From NCBI GenBank assembly GCA_052279835.1, contig CP181291.1, forward strand, positions 64,001 to 128,000: 64,000 nucleotides of DNA, given 5' to 3'. A program made the translations under genes and the position numbers. A model generated the notes under the pieces. It searched no databases, was not told where the DNA came from, and saw only the letters and a program-made list of their open reading frames with translations. Every line of letters starts with the position of its first letter. The first letter of the stretch is position 1. Source of the DNA: Microcoleus sp. (lineage in GTDB: Bacteria > Cyanobacteriota > Cyanobacteriia > Cyanobacteriales > Microcoleaceae). Below are positions 18,218-28,121 of this stretch, piece by piece.

Positions 18218-20128
18218 ATGCTGCAACACACAAGTACCGATACACCACGGATCAACGCTAGAAAAACTGATGTATTTGATATTTTTAATTTCAAACACTA
18301 CATCGGACCAAACCCTTTTTTAGACACGGCCGCTTTAGTATTTGATTTTGCCATAACAGATTCCAGTCAAGCTTTGCCCATTGCCTCTTATCATTCAATT
18401 ATTGGCGATCGCTACCCGCAACTGCTCCACGAAACCCATGATTCCCACGCGCAACTGTTTGCCCGCACCTGTTCAGAAGTAGGAAAACTAGACATGGGTT
18501 TACACTTCCAACACTGGAATGTCAAGCCCTATGGCGAATTTAACAGAATCAGCATAGAAGCTGTGCACGCCCGTAGCAGCAGAGCGGTAGTTTACGCTGT
18601 TTGGGACTGGTTTGAAGCCATCAATCAAAATCAAGATTTTCCCTTAGAAGCACAAATAGCCGCGCTGCAAAAAGTGTTCCGACAGTCTGTTTATGGAGGT
18701 CCGACTGTCTATTCGTTAATGCGATCGGCATCCCAAAAAGGCATTCCCGCATTTTATTTATGGGATGAAGGATTGATGCAATACGGTTACGGCAAAAAAC
18801 TAATTCGCGGCTCAGCAACTACTTTTGATTCCGACAGCCATTTAGACTCAGATTTTACCACTCGCAAAGACGACTGTAAAGCATTTCTAGCTACATTAGG
18901 ATTTCCTGTTCCCAAAGGCGATATCGTCTCGACTGAAAACGGAGCTTTGACAGTTGCCAAAGAAATTGGCTACCCGGTTGCTGTCAAACCAGTAGTCGGT
19001 CATAAAGGAATTGGGGTGACAGCAGATATCCGAGATGCTGAGGAATTGCAAGCTGCTTTTAAAAGAGCAGTTAAAGCAATTCCCGAAACAGAATCGGTGC
19101 GAGTAATTGTGGAAAATAGCATCAAAGGAGCGGATTTTCGCCTACTGTGTGTTAACGGCAAATTTGTGTCAGCCACGGAACGCCGACCAGCATGGGTGAC
19201 AGGGGATGGCAAATTAACAATTAGGGAGTTGATTCGGAGAGAAAACCGCAAACCAGAACGTTTGGATACTCCTACTTCGCCACTGAGTAAAATTCAGTCG
19301 GATGAAGCTATGGAAATGTATTTAACAGAACAGCAGTTGTCATTAGATAGCGTCCTAGAGGGCGATCGCACTATTTTTCTGCGGAAAGTGGCTAATCTTT
19401 CTGCTGGCGGTGTCAGCATCGATGCTACCCGCACCGTGCACCCGGACAATATTATTTTGGCTCAAGATATCGCCCAGCATTTTCGGTTAACTTGTTTGGG
19501 AATTGATGTGGTGACAGAATCTTTAGCTCAATCTTGGAAAGCAGGCAATTTTGGGATTTTGGAAATTAACGCTGCACCGGGAATTTTTATGCACCTGAAC
19601 CCGGCTGTGGGGGAAAGTGTTGATGTACCCTCTCACATTCTGGAGACTTTTTTTGAGTCGGGAAATGATGCCAGAATTCCGATTATTACTTTCAACAAGA
19701 TTTCGGTACCGCAACTTCAAGAAATAATCGATCGCATTCTGTTAGAACATCCTGACTGGACGATTGGTGCTGTTTGTCGCGAGGCCGTGTTTGTCAACCG
19801 TTCTGAAAAAGTTTTTAACCATAACTATAACGTTAACGTGCAAAATTTGCTGCGGAATCCTCAACTGGATTTGTTAATTGCTGAGTATCCAGAGACTATT
19901 TTGGCAGAGCGGGGAATGTTTTATCGGGGCAGTAATCTGGTAGTGCTGGACAATCCAGGAGAAACTGAGATGATGTTGGCGAGAGCAAGCACTGATGATG
20001 ATACGGTAGTGGTGCGGGAAGGAGCTAATATTTCAATTCGTCGCAAAGGGTTGATAGAGCAGTATACTCTGGGTGATGGGGAACCGTTTACGCGGGTTTA
20101 TTTGAAGGAAATAGGGACTGTTTTGTAG
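18218..20128 (+). CDS. cphA2: Cyanophycin synthetase 2 (beta-Asp-Arg dipeptide polymerase CphA2)
   Basis: CphA-like N-domain plus ATP-grasp (VAVKPVVGHKGIGV, ANLSAGG, LEINAAPG); truncated Mur-like domain without the TGTNGKTT P-loop; 636 aa; divergent from cphB2. Confidence 0.88.
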   Translation: MLQHTSTDTPRINARKTDVFDIFNFKHYIGPNPFLDTAALVFDFAITDSSQALPIASYHSIIGDRYPQLLHETHDSHAQLFARTCSEVGKLDMGLHFQHWNVKPYGEFNRISIEAVHARSSRAVVYAVWDWFEAINQNQDFPLEAQIAALQKVFRQSVYGGPTVYSLMRSASQKGIPAFYLWDEGLMQYGYGKKLIRGSATTFDSDSHLDSDFTTRKDDCKAFLATLGFPVPKGDIVSTENGALTVAKEIGYPVAVKPVVGHKGIGVTADIRDAEELQAAFKRAVKAIPETESVRVIVENSIKGADFRLLCVNGKFVSATERRPAWVTGDGKLTIRELIRRENRKPERLDTPTSPLSKIQSDEAMEMYLTEQQLSLDSVLEGDRTIFLRKVANLSAGGVSIDATRTVHPDNIILAQDIAQHFRLTCLGIDVVTESLAQSWKAGNFGILEINAAPGIFMHLNPAVGESVDVPSHILETFFESGNDARIPIITFNKISVPQLQEIIDRILLEHPDWTIGAVCREAVFVNRSEKVFNHNYNVNVQNLLRNPQLDLLIAEYPETILAERGMFYRGSNLVVLDNPGETEMMLARASTDDDTVVVREGANISIRRKGLIEQYTLGDGEPFTRVYLKEIGTVL

Positions 20129-20277
20129 TTGTTTGCAGGATTTTTTGGTGGTGACTAGGTTGGGATCTGGCTCGTGGACTCATGGGCTGGGTTTTCTGGA
20201 GGTTTCCCCTGGGACTCGCCACAACAATTTATAATTCCTCCCATACCCAATTACCAATTACTAATTACCGATCTACG

Positions 20278-20901
20278 ATGTCTTTAAAATCTATTAGCAT
20301 TCCACCGAGCACGGATCGCCCACCAGTGGGTATGATTGTCGCTTTGCACGGATGGGGTGCCAATGCTCGCGATTTGACTTCTTTAGCGCCGGCATTCAAT
20401 TTACCAGACTATGAGTTTGTGTTTGCCGATGCCCCTTTTGCCCACCCCCAAGTACCGGGTGGCAAAATGTGGTATGACCTTCAAGGTAATGACTCCAAGG
20501 GATTGATCGAAAGTCGGCGATTGCTAACAGAATTTTTATTGTCTTTAGAAAGCAGTACGGGTGTGCCTTTGTCTAAGACGATTCTAGGTGGGTTTTCTCA
20601 AGGTGGAGCGATGACTCTAGATGTGGGATTAACTTTGCCTCTGGCTGGTTTAATTTGTTTGAGCGGTTATTTGCACTCTCAGTCGCCAGTTGCAGGTAGC
20701 GTGTTGCCACCTGTTTTAATCGTACACGGCACTCAAGATCGTATTGTCCCTGTGAGTGCGGCAGTGCGATCGCGCGATAGTTTCACCGATTGGGGGGCGT
20801 CGGTGCAGTACCACGAATTTGCGATGGGACACGAGATTCAACCACAAGTTGTAGATCTAATGCGAAGTTTTGTTCTAGAAACTGTGTCTAAATCGGATTA
20901 A
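20278..20901 (+). CDS. Phospholipase/carboxylesterase (alpha/beta hydrolase)
   Basis: LHGWG, GFSQGG nucleophile elbow, HGTQD, MGHEI. Confidence 0.88.
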   Translation: MSLKSISIPPSTDRPPVGMIVALHGWGANARDLTSLAPAFNLPDYEFVFADAPFAHPQVPGGKMWYDLQGNDSKGLIESRRLLTEFLLSLESSTGVPLSKTILGGFSQGGAMTLDVGLTLPLAGLICLSGYLHSQSPVAGSVLPPVLIVHGTQDRIVPVSAAVRSRDSFTDWGASVQYHEFAMGHEIQPQVVDLMRSFVLETVSKSD

Positions 20902-20946
20902 AGGCTTAGGATATAGTATGGCGGAAATCTCGGGGACGGAATAAAG

Positions 20947-21159
20947 ATGAAAACTTTAACCAAAGCATCGCGCGATATTGCTGTACTTACTTCGGAGGAT
21001 GTGGCACAATTGGCCGATCGTCTAGAAGTGGACGATTACACCGATCCTTTTGAGGGATTGAACGATTGGCATTTGCTGCGATCGCTTGCGTTTCAGCGCC
21101 CGGAGTTGGTTGAGCCTTATCTTCACCTTCTGGACATGGAAGCCTACGACGAAGCATAG
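20947..21159 (+). CDS. Conserved cyanobacterial small protein (DUF2555-like)
   Basis: LADRLEVDDYTDPFEGLNDWHLLRSLAFQRPELVEPY; sits upstream of coaBC. Confidence 0.7.
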   Translation: MKTLTKASRDIAVLTSEDVAQLADRLEVDDYTDPFEGLNDWHLLRSLAFQRPELVEPYLHLLDMEAYDEA

Positions 21160-21298
21160 CCTCAAAAATAGCAAAAATCTCAGCAAGTTTTAGGAGAAGG
21201 TTAGCCACAGATTTGGTAGCCAATTTATATAGATGAGTTAGGGATTTTTGTCTCTGCCGATCTTGATTTTCTCCTAATTCTTTTTTATTCAAAAAGAT

Positions 21299-22498
21299 AT
21301 GAAGGGTACACGAGTTTTAATTGGCGTTAGTGGCGGGATTGCAGCTTACAAAGTTTGTGAAGTAGTTTCAACTTTAGCCAAGGCTGGAGTTGAAGTCAGA
21401 GCTATTCTGACTGATGCGGCTCAAGAGTTCGTCACGCCCTTGACTTTTGCTACCCTCTGTCGCCAAGCTGCTTTTACCGATCAAGATTTCTGGGAAGCTA
21501 GTCACGGACGCCCTTTGCACATTCAACTGGCAGAATGGGCATCGGTTTTTGCCATCGCTCCCCTCACAGCGAATAGTTTGGCTAAGTTGGCGGGGGGTTT
21601 TGCGGATAATTTACTCACAAATACGGTACTTGCTTCTCAGTGTCCAATTTTGTTGGTACCGGCGATGAATACGGATATGTGGGAACAGCCGGCGGTGCAG
21701 CGAAATTGGCGCGAAATATTGACAGATCGGCGATATCATGCTATTTCGCCTGGGGCGGGAATGCTGGCGTGCGATCGCGTGGGTGCGGGCCGGATGGCAG
21801 AACCAAGTGAGATTGTGGCTCACATAGAATCATTGTTGTATACTAAGGGCGATCGAGATTTAGCTGGTAAACGGGTGTTGATCGGTGCGGGAGGTACGCG
21901 GGAACACCTCGATCCGGTGAGGTTTATCGGCAATCCTTCCACTGGTAAAATGGGCCTAGCTCTGGCGCGGGCTGCACAGCACCGAGGTGCGACGGTAACT
22001 CTGGTACATAGTATAAGTGGCGATTTATCATTGCCCGGTGTCAGGTCGATCGCCCTCACGAGTGCAGCAGAAATGCGACAAGGGATGCTGGAATGTTTTC
22101 CCGATGCGGATTTGACGGTGATGGCGGCGGCGGTGGCTGATGTGAAACCGACGGAGTACCACAGTCAGAAATTGCCCAAGCGATCGCTCCCGGATGCTTT
22201 AGCTTTGACAGCGGTACCGGATATTGTGGCAGAGTTGGGAACATTGAAACAGCCCCATCAAAAACTAATCGGGTTTGCCGCACAAACAGGTGATATTGTC
22301 AAGCCAGCTTGGGAAAAATTGCGGGCAAAAAAATTGGATGTAATTGCGGCAAATCCGATCGACAAAATCGCCTCCGGTTTTGGTAGCAATACCAATCAAG
22401 CAATTTTGATAAATGCCGCCGGAAAGCAAGTGGAAATAGCACCTTGCAGTAAATTAGAAATGGCCCATCGCTTGTTTGACTTTGCCCTGGAAGGGTGA
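21299..22498 (+). CDS. coaBC: Bifunctional phosphopantothenoylcysteine decarboxylase/synthetase
   Basis: [53 protein letters not shown]. Confidence 0.95.
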   Translation: MKGTRVLIGVSGGIAAYKVCEVVSTLAKAGVEVRAILTDAAQEFVTPLTFATLCRQAAFTDQDFWEASHGRPLHIQLAEWASVFAIAPLTANSLAKLAGGFADNLLTNTVLASQCPILLVPAMNTDMWEQPAVQRNWREILTDRRYHAISPGAGMLACDRVGAGRMAEPSEIVAHIESLLYTKGDRDLAGKRVLIGAGGTREHLDPVRFIGNPSTGKMGLALARAAQHRGATVTLVHSISGDLSLPGVRSIALTSAAEMRQGMLECFPDADLTVMAAAVADVKPTEYHSQKLPKRSLPDALALTAVPDIVAELGTLKQPHQKLIGFAAQTGDIVKPAWEKLRAKKLDVIAANPIDKIASGFGSNTNQAILINAAGKQVEIAPCSKLEMAHRLFDFALEG

Positions 22499-22571
22499 GT
22501 TTGATGCTAAATTCGGCTGATTCACCCCCTGTGCGCTTGTGTCGATGGATGAATAGGGGATTTAGCAAGAT

Positions 22572-23432
22572 CTAGGAGTTCAATATAAATTTGGCGATCG
22601 CCTCCGCCACCCCGTCTTCCTCCACATCCGGCGCCACCCAGTTAGCACCAGCTTTTACTTCAGAGGGAGCGTTACCCATCGCTACGCCTACGCCCGCATA
22701 GGATATCATTTCCACATCATTGAAATTGTCGCCGATCGCCATCACGTTCTCTGGCTGCAAACCCAACAAGTCCTCCGCGATGTACTGCACTGCGGCTCCC
22801 TTGTTAACCAAAGGGTGAGTAGCTTCAAAAAAAGTGGCAACCGATCGAGTCAAATAAAGTTCTGCTGGTGTGTAGCGTTCTCGCATACTGCTGAGTAAGC
22901 CATCGAGTACCCCCGGATTGTCGCACAAAGCCAAAACTTTCGTCGGTTCACCCGGAATATCTCGGCGCAAGTCTGTAATAGCAATTGGTTGAATACCCGA
23001 TCGTTGTGCGTAAAGTCTGGTGGCGGCGGTAATTTCCGGTACGTAAAGTTGGTCGTTGATGTAAAAATTCACCGAAAGGAGCGATCGTAAATGTGGTTCT
23101 TCAAAATGTTCCAACAATTCCAAAGCTGTTTGTTTCGACAATGGCTGGTGGCGGAGCATTTTTTGACTAGCGGGATCTTGAATCCAGGCACCTTGGTAAG
23201 AAATCAACGGTAAAGTTGAGCCGATATCCCGGTGAAAGCGCAAAGCCGATCGATACATTCTACCAGTAGCCACGGCAACTTGCACTCCCCGCGACTGAGC
23301 GGCGAAAATAGCCTGCTTCACTGGTTCTCGGATGTTATTGGATTTACCTGCGATCGTACCATCGATATCGACTACCAGTAGTCTAATGTCTGCACCGCTA
23401 GAGACGGGATTTGAGGTCATTATATTTTGCAT
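22572..23432 (-). CDS. Cof-type HAD-IIB hydrolase
   Basis: DIDGT, ATGR, NKGAA, GDNFNDVEM, MGNA. Confidence 0.92.
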   Translation of the reverse strand: MQNIMTSNPVSSGADIRLLVVDIDGTIAGKSNNIREPVKQAIFAAQSRGVQVAVATGRMYRSALRFHRDIGSTLPLISYQGAWIQDPASQKMLRHQPLSKQTALELLEHFEEPHLRSLLSVNFYINDQLYVPEITAATRLYAQRSGIQPIAITDLRRDIPGEPTKVLALCDNPGVLDGLLSSMRERYTPAELYLTRSVATFFEATHPLVNKGAAVQYIAEDLLGLQPENVMAIGDNFNDVEMISYAGVGVAMGNAPSEVKAGANWVAPDVEEDGVAEAIAKFILNS

Positions 23433-23686
23433 AGTTGTTTTTAGATTTTAGCTTGAGATTTTCCCAGACCAGTTTATTTTTGCACTGTGGCGATCGGCAA
23501 GTGCAGTTTCGGCTTGTTTGAAGGCTAAAATGTAGATTAGGAATTCCACAGAGCATCTATCTATAGTTTTTTCCAGGGCGATCGCTCCGTAATTTCCCTT
23601 AGATATTGGGATATTACATGACTTATACAGACAAGCCACAAAATTTTTAAACTCAATTAAATGCCGAATTAAGGGATTTTAATTTC

Positions 23687-24847
23687 ATGAATTATCAGGA
23701 TAATTACAGCTTGTTAGCAGCCGAACAAGCTAGCAAAATCGGCAACATCCTCGAAGCCATGAAATCTTACGACTTGGCAATTCAAGAAGCAGAACAAAAT
23801 GGGGATATCCACGAACAAGCATTAGCAGCAGAATTAGCAGGACTGTTTTATCTCTCATTAGGAATCCCGAAAATTGCGCAAATTTACTTAACAGAATCCC
23901 ACTCTTGCTATCAGCACTTTGGTGCCCAAGACAAAGCAGCGATTTTAGAATCAAAATACCCAAACTTGATAAATAATCGGGGATATTTAAATAAAAACCT
24001 CAACATCAACAATGGGCTAGATACTCATCAAAATCTAGAACATTTAGTACAAGAGAGAACCTCGGAACTTTCCCAAACTTTAGAATACTTAAAAGCCACC
24101 CAAAATCAACTCGTAGAATCAGAAAAAATGGCAGCCCTTGGAGGGTTAGTGGCTGGTATTGCCCACGAAATCAACACTCCCATCGGCATTGGCATCGCCG
24201 CCGCCTCACTCCTCTCCGAAAAAGTTACAAAATTTTGCGATATTTACAGCAACGGTCAAATTAAACGCTCTGAGTTAGAAAAGTTTCTGGATACTGCATT
24301 GCAAAGTAGTAATATGATATTGGCTAACCTCACGCGGGCGGCAGACTTGATCCATAGCTTTAAAGAAGTGGCAGTCGATCAGTCCAGTGAATTAAAACGA
24401 ACTTTTCCAGTGAAAAAATATCTAGAGGAAATATTGACATCTTTAACACCCAAACTCAGAACAACTAAACACAAAATCGAGATTAATTGCCCTGACAATA
24501 TTTTACTGGATAGCTACCCTGGCGTGTTCTGTCAAATTGTAACCAATCTGATAATGAACTCCCTACTTCATGCTTACGATCCAAACGACGAAGGAGCGAT
24601 CGCCTTTAACTTGCAACTAGAGGGCGAGCTCTTAGTATTTGAATATAGTGATGATGGCAAAGGAATTTCTCCCGACAATCTCAGTAAAATTTTTCAACCC
24701 TTCTTTACCACCAAAAGAGGCCAGGGCGGCACTGGATTGGGATTACACATTATTTACAATCTAGTGCATCAAAAACTAAAAGGCACAATTCAATGCCAAA
24801 GTCAACTAGGTTATGGCACAAAATTTTTGATTAAAATTCCAACATAA
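23687..24847 (+). CDS. Histidine kinase with N-terminal TPR-like helical module
   Basis: SEKMAALGGLVAGIAHEINTP H-box, NLIMNS, DDGKGI, FFTTKRGQGGTGLGL. Confidence 0.9.
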   Translation: MNYQDNYSLLAAEQASKIGNILEAMKSYDLAIQEAEQNGDIHEQALAAELAGLFYLSLGIPKIAQIYLTESHSCYQHFGAQDKAAILESKYPNLINNRGYLNKNLNINNGLDTHQNLEHLVQERTSELSQTLEYLKATQNQLVESEKMAALGGLVAGIAHEINTPIGIGIAAASLLSEKVTKFCDIYSNGQIKRSELEKFLDTALQSSNMILANLTRAADLIHSFKEVAVDQSSELKRTFPVKKYLEEILTSLTPKLRTTKHKIEINCPDNILLDSYPGVFCQIVTNLIMNSLLHAYDPNDEGAIAFNLQLEGELLVFEYSDDGKGISPDNLSKIFQPFFTTKRGQGGTGLGLHIIYNLVHQKLKGTIQCQSQLGYGTKFLIKIPT

Positions 24848-24901
24848 ATTGCTAATTAGCTAGGCTAAAGCAGTCATAAATAATATTCAGGAGTATGAGC
24901 A

Positions 24902-26290
24902 ATGTCAGAAGCAAGTCAAAAATTATTCGATGCTGACGACGAAAATTTAATCTTTATCGAAGAAGATGAGCGGGAATCAAAAACTCTAGAATCCAGTTGG
25001 AAAGTATTAATCGTAGACGACGAAATAGAAATTCACCATATTACAAAACTAGCTTTAAAAGAATTTTGTTTTGAAAACAAATCAATTAATTTTGTCAGCG
25101 CTTACTCAGGCAAAGAAGCCAAGGAAATCATCAAAGAAAATCAGGATATAGCATTGATTTTGCTCGATGTCGTTATGGAAACGGAAGAAGCAGGCTTAGA
25201 AGTAGTTAAATACATCCGCGATATTTTAGACAATAAAATAGTGCGGATTATTTTACGCACTGGACAGCCCGGACAAGTGCCAGAAGATGTCGTCATTGTC
25301 AGCTATGATATCAATGATTACAAAACCAAAACCGAACTGACAAATAAAAAATTATTTACCACAGTAGTCACCGCACTGAGAGCATTTAGTTCCCTGAATC
25401 AAATCGAGTCTAGCAAAAGCGAAATAGAAAAAATTGCCGCAGCCTCCGCTCGTTTTGTCCCCCGCGAATTTTTGAAATTTCTTAAAAGAGAAAGCATCGT
25501 TGATGCGAGATTGGGAGACTCTGTGCAAGCAGAAATGACAATTATGTTTGCCGACATTCGCTCATTTACCAGTTTGTCAGAAAGTATGTCTCCCAGGGAT
25601 AATTTTGATTTTATTAACTCTTACTTAACTAGAGTTGGGCCTGTGATTCGCCAGTACAACGGCTTTATAGACAAATATCTGGGCGACGGTATTATGGCTT
25701 TGTTTCCCAATAGCCCAGAAGATGCCGTCCAAGCAGCAATTGAAATGCAGCAGCAAGTTAAAATTTATAATAAACACAGGCAAAATAGTGGCTATCAACC
25801 TATTTCCATCGGCATTGGTTTGCATACTGGAACTTTAATGTTAGGTACGATTGGCGAAGCGGAACGCATGGAAAGTACGGTGATTTCCGATGCAGTGAAT
25901 TTAGCCTCGCGCGTGGAAGGATTGACAAAGCTTTACGGAGTTGGTATTGTGGCTAGCGTCCAAACTCTTTGTCGGATCGACGACCCCCAACATTATAAGT
26001 GCCGATTTCTCGATCGCGTCCAAGTCAAAGGAAAACAAACCCCTGTTGCGGTATTTGAAATCTACGACGGCGATTCAGATACAATGATCGAACTAAAAAC
26101 ACAAACCCAAACTTATTTTGAACAGGGAATTTTTTTCCACTACCAGCAACAATTCGCCCAAGCAAGACAAATGTTTTTGCGTGTGTTGCAAGTAAATAAA
26201 CAAGATAAAGCAGCACAATTTTATGCTGAACGCTGCGATACGTTGATGAAAAATGGGGTAATTTTGACTGTGGAAGGGATAGAGATATAG
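24902..26290 (+). CDS. Response regulator-adenylate/guanylate cyclase (REC + class III cyclase)
   Basis: REC (VDDE, LLDVVME, RTGQPG); cyclase [40 protein letters not shown]. Confidence 0.9.
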   Translation: MSEASQKLFDADDENLIFIEEDERESKTLESSWKVLIVDDEIEIHHITKLALKEFCFENKSINFVSAYSGKEAKEIIKENQDIALILLDVVMETEEAGLEVVKYIRDILDNKIVRIILRTGQPGQVPEDVVIVSYDINDYKTKTELTNKKLFTTVVTALRAFSSLNQIESSKSEIEKIAAASARFVPREFLKFLKRESIVDARLGDSVQAEMTIMFADIRSFTSLSESMSPRDNFDFINSYLTRVGPVIRQYNGFIDKYLGDGIMALFPNSPEDAVQAAIEMQQQVKIYNKHRQNSGYQPISIGIGLHTGTLMLGTIGEAERMESTVISDAVNLASRVEGLTKLYGVGIVASVQTLCRIDDPQHYKCRFLDRVQVKGKQTPVAVFEIYDGDSDTMIELKTQTQTYFEQGIFFHYQQQFAQARQMFLRVLQVNKQDKAAQFYAERCDTLMKNGVILTVEGIEI

Positions 26291-26369
26291 GGAATTGGGA
26301 ATTGGGAATTGGGAATTGGGCATTGGGAATTGGGAATTGGGAATTGGGAATTGGGAATTGGGAATTGGG
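26290..26369. repeat. Heptamer tandem repeat (GGGAATT)n, STRR-type
   Basis: About 11 near-perfect units seen directly. Confidence 0.9.
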
Positions 26370-26417
26370 CTACCCCCCCCTACCCCCCCCAAGGGGGGAA
26401 TGGATGAGGGAATAGAG

Positions 26418-26454
26418 ACAAATAACAAATAACAAATAACAAATAACAAATAAC
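26418..26454. repeat. Heptamer tandem repeat (ACAAATA)n
   Basis: About 5 units seen directly. Confidence 0.85.
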
Positions 26455-26460
26455 TTATTT

Positions 26461-27747
26461 ATGCGCTTAAAATCCCTTGATGTTTTTCGCGGAATTGCGA
26501 TCGCCTCCATGATCCTAGTCAACAACCCCGGCAGTTGGAAACAAGTTTATCCGCCGCTAGAACACGCAGAATGGCACGGCTGCACCCCCACAGACTTAGT
26601 ATTTCCCTTTTTTCTATTCATCGTCGGCTGCGCGATGTCATTTTCCCTATCCAAATACACTAAAACTCCTACAAAAATAGAAACAGCAGCATCAAAAACC
26701 ACAGAAACACCGGAACAAACAGATACAGAAAAAAAACCTCTTGCTGATTCCTTCCCCCCTTGGGGGGGGTTGGGGGGGGTTCTTCTGACTTCCCCTCAAG
26801 GGGGTAAAGGGGAGTTGACTTCGCATCTTCCTTCTTCAAATATCTACTGGCGGATTGCGAGGCGCGCTGCCATTTTATTTATATTAGGATTGCTGCTAAA
26901 CACATCCTCGATCGCCCTTGACGTACTTCTCAACAGCGCCCCCATCGAAAACTTCGCTAAAATCCGCATTATGGGAGTATTGCAGCGGATTGGTTTAGCT
27001 TATTTCATAAGTGCGATCGCCATTATCAACCTCTCTCCCCGCAACCAAAAACTCCTCGCTATTGCCATATTATTCAGTTATTGGGCCTTGTTAACCATAG
27101 TGCCTGTAGGGGGGTACAGCGCCGGTGAACTAACGCCAGAGGGCAATTTTGGAGGATATATCGATCGCCTAATTCTAGGCAGCCAACACCTCTACAAAGG
27201 CGGCCCCTTTGACCCCGAAGGACTCTTAAGCACCTTACCAGCAGCGGTAACAGTCCTCATCGGCTACTTTACCGGAGAATGGCTGCGAGTACAGCCAATC
27301 AAAACCCGCACCAGTATCAACCTAGCAATCTGCGGACTTTGTTGCCTAATAATCGGTCATTTGTGGGGATTTTTATTTCCGATTAACAAACAACTTTGGA
27401 CAAGTTCCTATGTAGTATTTACCGCCGGTTGGGCCTTACTATTGCTAGCATTTTGTTACGAAACCATCGAAGTGCGCGGTTGGAAATGGGGGAGACCCTT
27501 TGAAATCATGGGATTGAATGCTATCTTTCTGTTTGTGGCTTCCGGTATTGTCGCCAGAATTCTGCTGAAAACTCATATTGGTAGTGGCGATAGCCCTCCA
27601 AGTACCTACACTTGGATTTACGAAAACTGGTTTTTGCCCTGGGCTGGGCCGCTGAATGGTTCTCTGGCATTTGCCATAACCGCGGTGTTATTTTGGTGGT
27701 TGATTTTGTATGGAATGTATCGCCGAGGTTGGCAAATTAAAATTTAA
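26461..27747 (+). CDS. Heparan-alpha-glucosaminide N-acetyltransferase-like membrane acyltransferase (DUF5009/NagX-like)
   Basis: RLKSLDVFRG, ILVNNPG, HAEWHGCTPTDLVFPFFLFIVG, GVLQRI, DPEGLLST, PINKQLWTSSY. Confidence 0.87.
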   Translation: MRLKSLDVFRGIAIASMILVNNPGSWKQVYPPLEHAEWHGCTPTDLVFPFFLFIVGCAMSFSLSKYTKTPTKIETAASKTTETPEQTDTEKKPLADSFPPWGGLGGVLLTSPQGGKGELTSHLPSSNIYWRIARRAAILFILGLLLNTSSIALDVLLNSAPIENFAKIRIMGVLQRIGLAYFISAIAIINLSPRNQKLLAIAILFSYWALLTIVPVGGYSAGELTPEGNFGGYIDRLILGSQHLYKGGPFDPEGLLSTLPAAVTVLIGYFTGEWLRVQPIKTRTSINLAICGLCCLIIGHLWGFLFPINKQLWTSSYVVFTAGWALLLLAFCYETIEVRGWKWGRPFEIMGLNAIFLFVASGIVARILLKTHIGSGDSPPSTYTWIYENWFLPWAGPLNGSLAFAITAVLFWWLILYGMYRRGWQIKI

Positions 27748-28121
27748 GTGCAGGGCCAGTTTATATACATCATTTGTCAATACTTATCAAATATCTTGGC
27801 GCAACCACAGTTGGGTAACTAACCTGTAGGTGGTTGGCAAGTAATGAATCATAAAACTTGACCATCAAAGATGGTTTGTCTATCATACATTTATAGCACT
27901 TACCCAAAAACAACGTATTTCTGTCAGTACGATACTGTTTTATTTTTAACCCGAGCGTGGGTAATTCCTAATTTACTTAGTTAACTATGCTACAAACTGC
28001 TTAATAAATAGACATTACATACATAGAGAGATAGCGAATCTCTGCTGCATTCACGGTATGAAATGTGTATATTGTTTCAAGTCGGTGGCAAATTATACTA
28101 TTACTCCCTGTGTTTGCAATT

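Noticed and set aside
26093..26449. 118-aa minus-strand ORF
   Set aside because: Translation of heptamer repeats (PIPNSQF) that overlaps the cyclase gene on the opposite strand; spurious. Likewise 62812-63030.
26290..26454. CRISPR array
   Set aside because: Spacer-less 7-bp tandem repeats (STRR type); no unique spacers and no cas genes. The same applies to 36079-36152 and 62802-62890.
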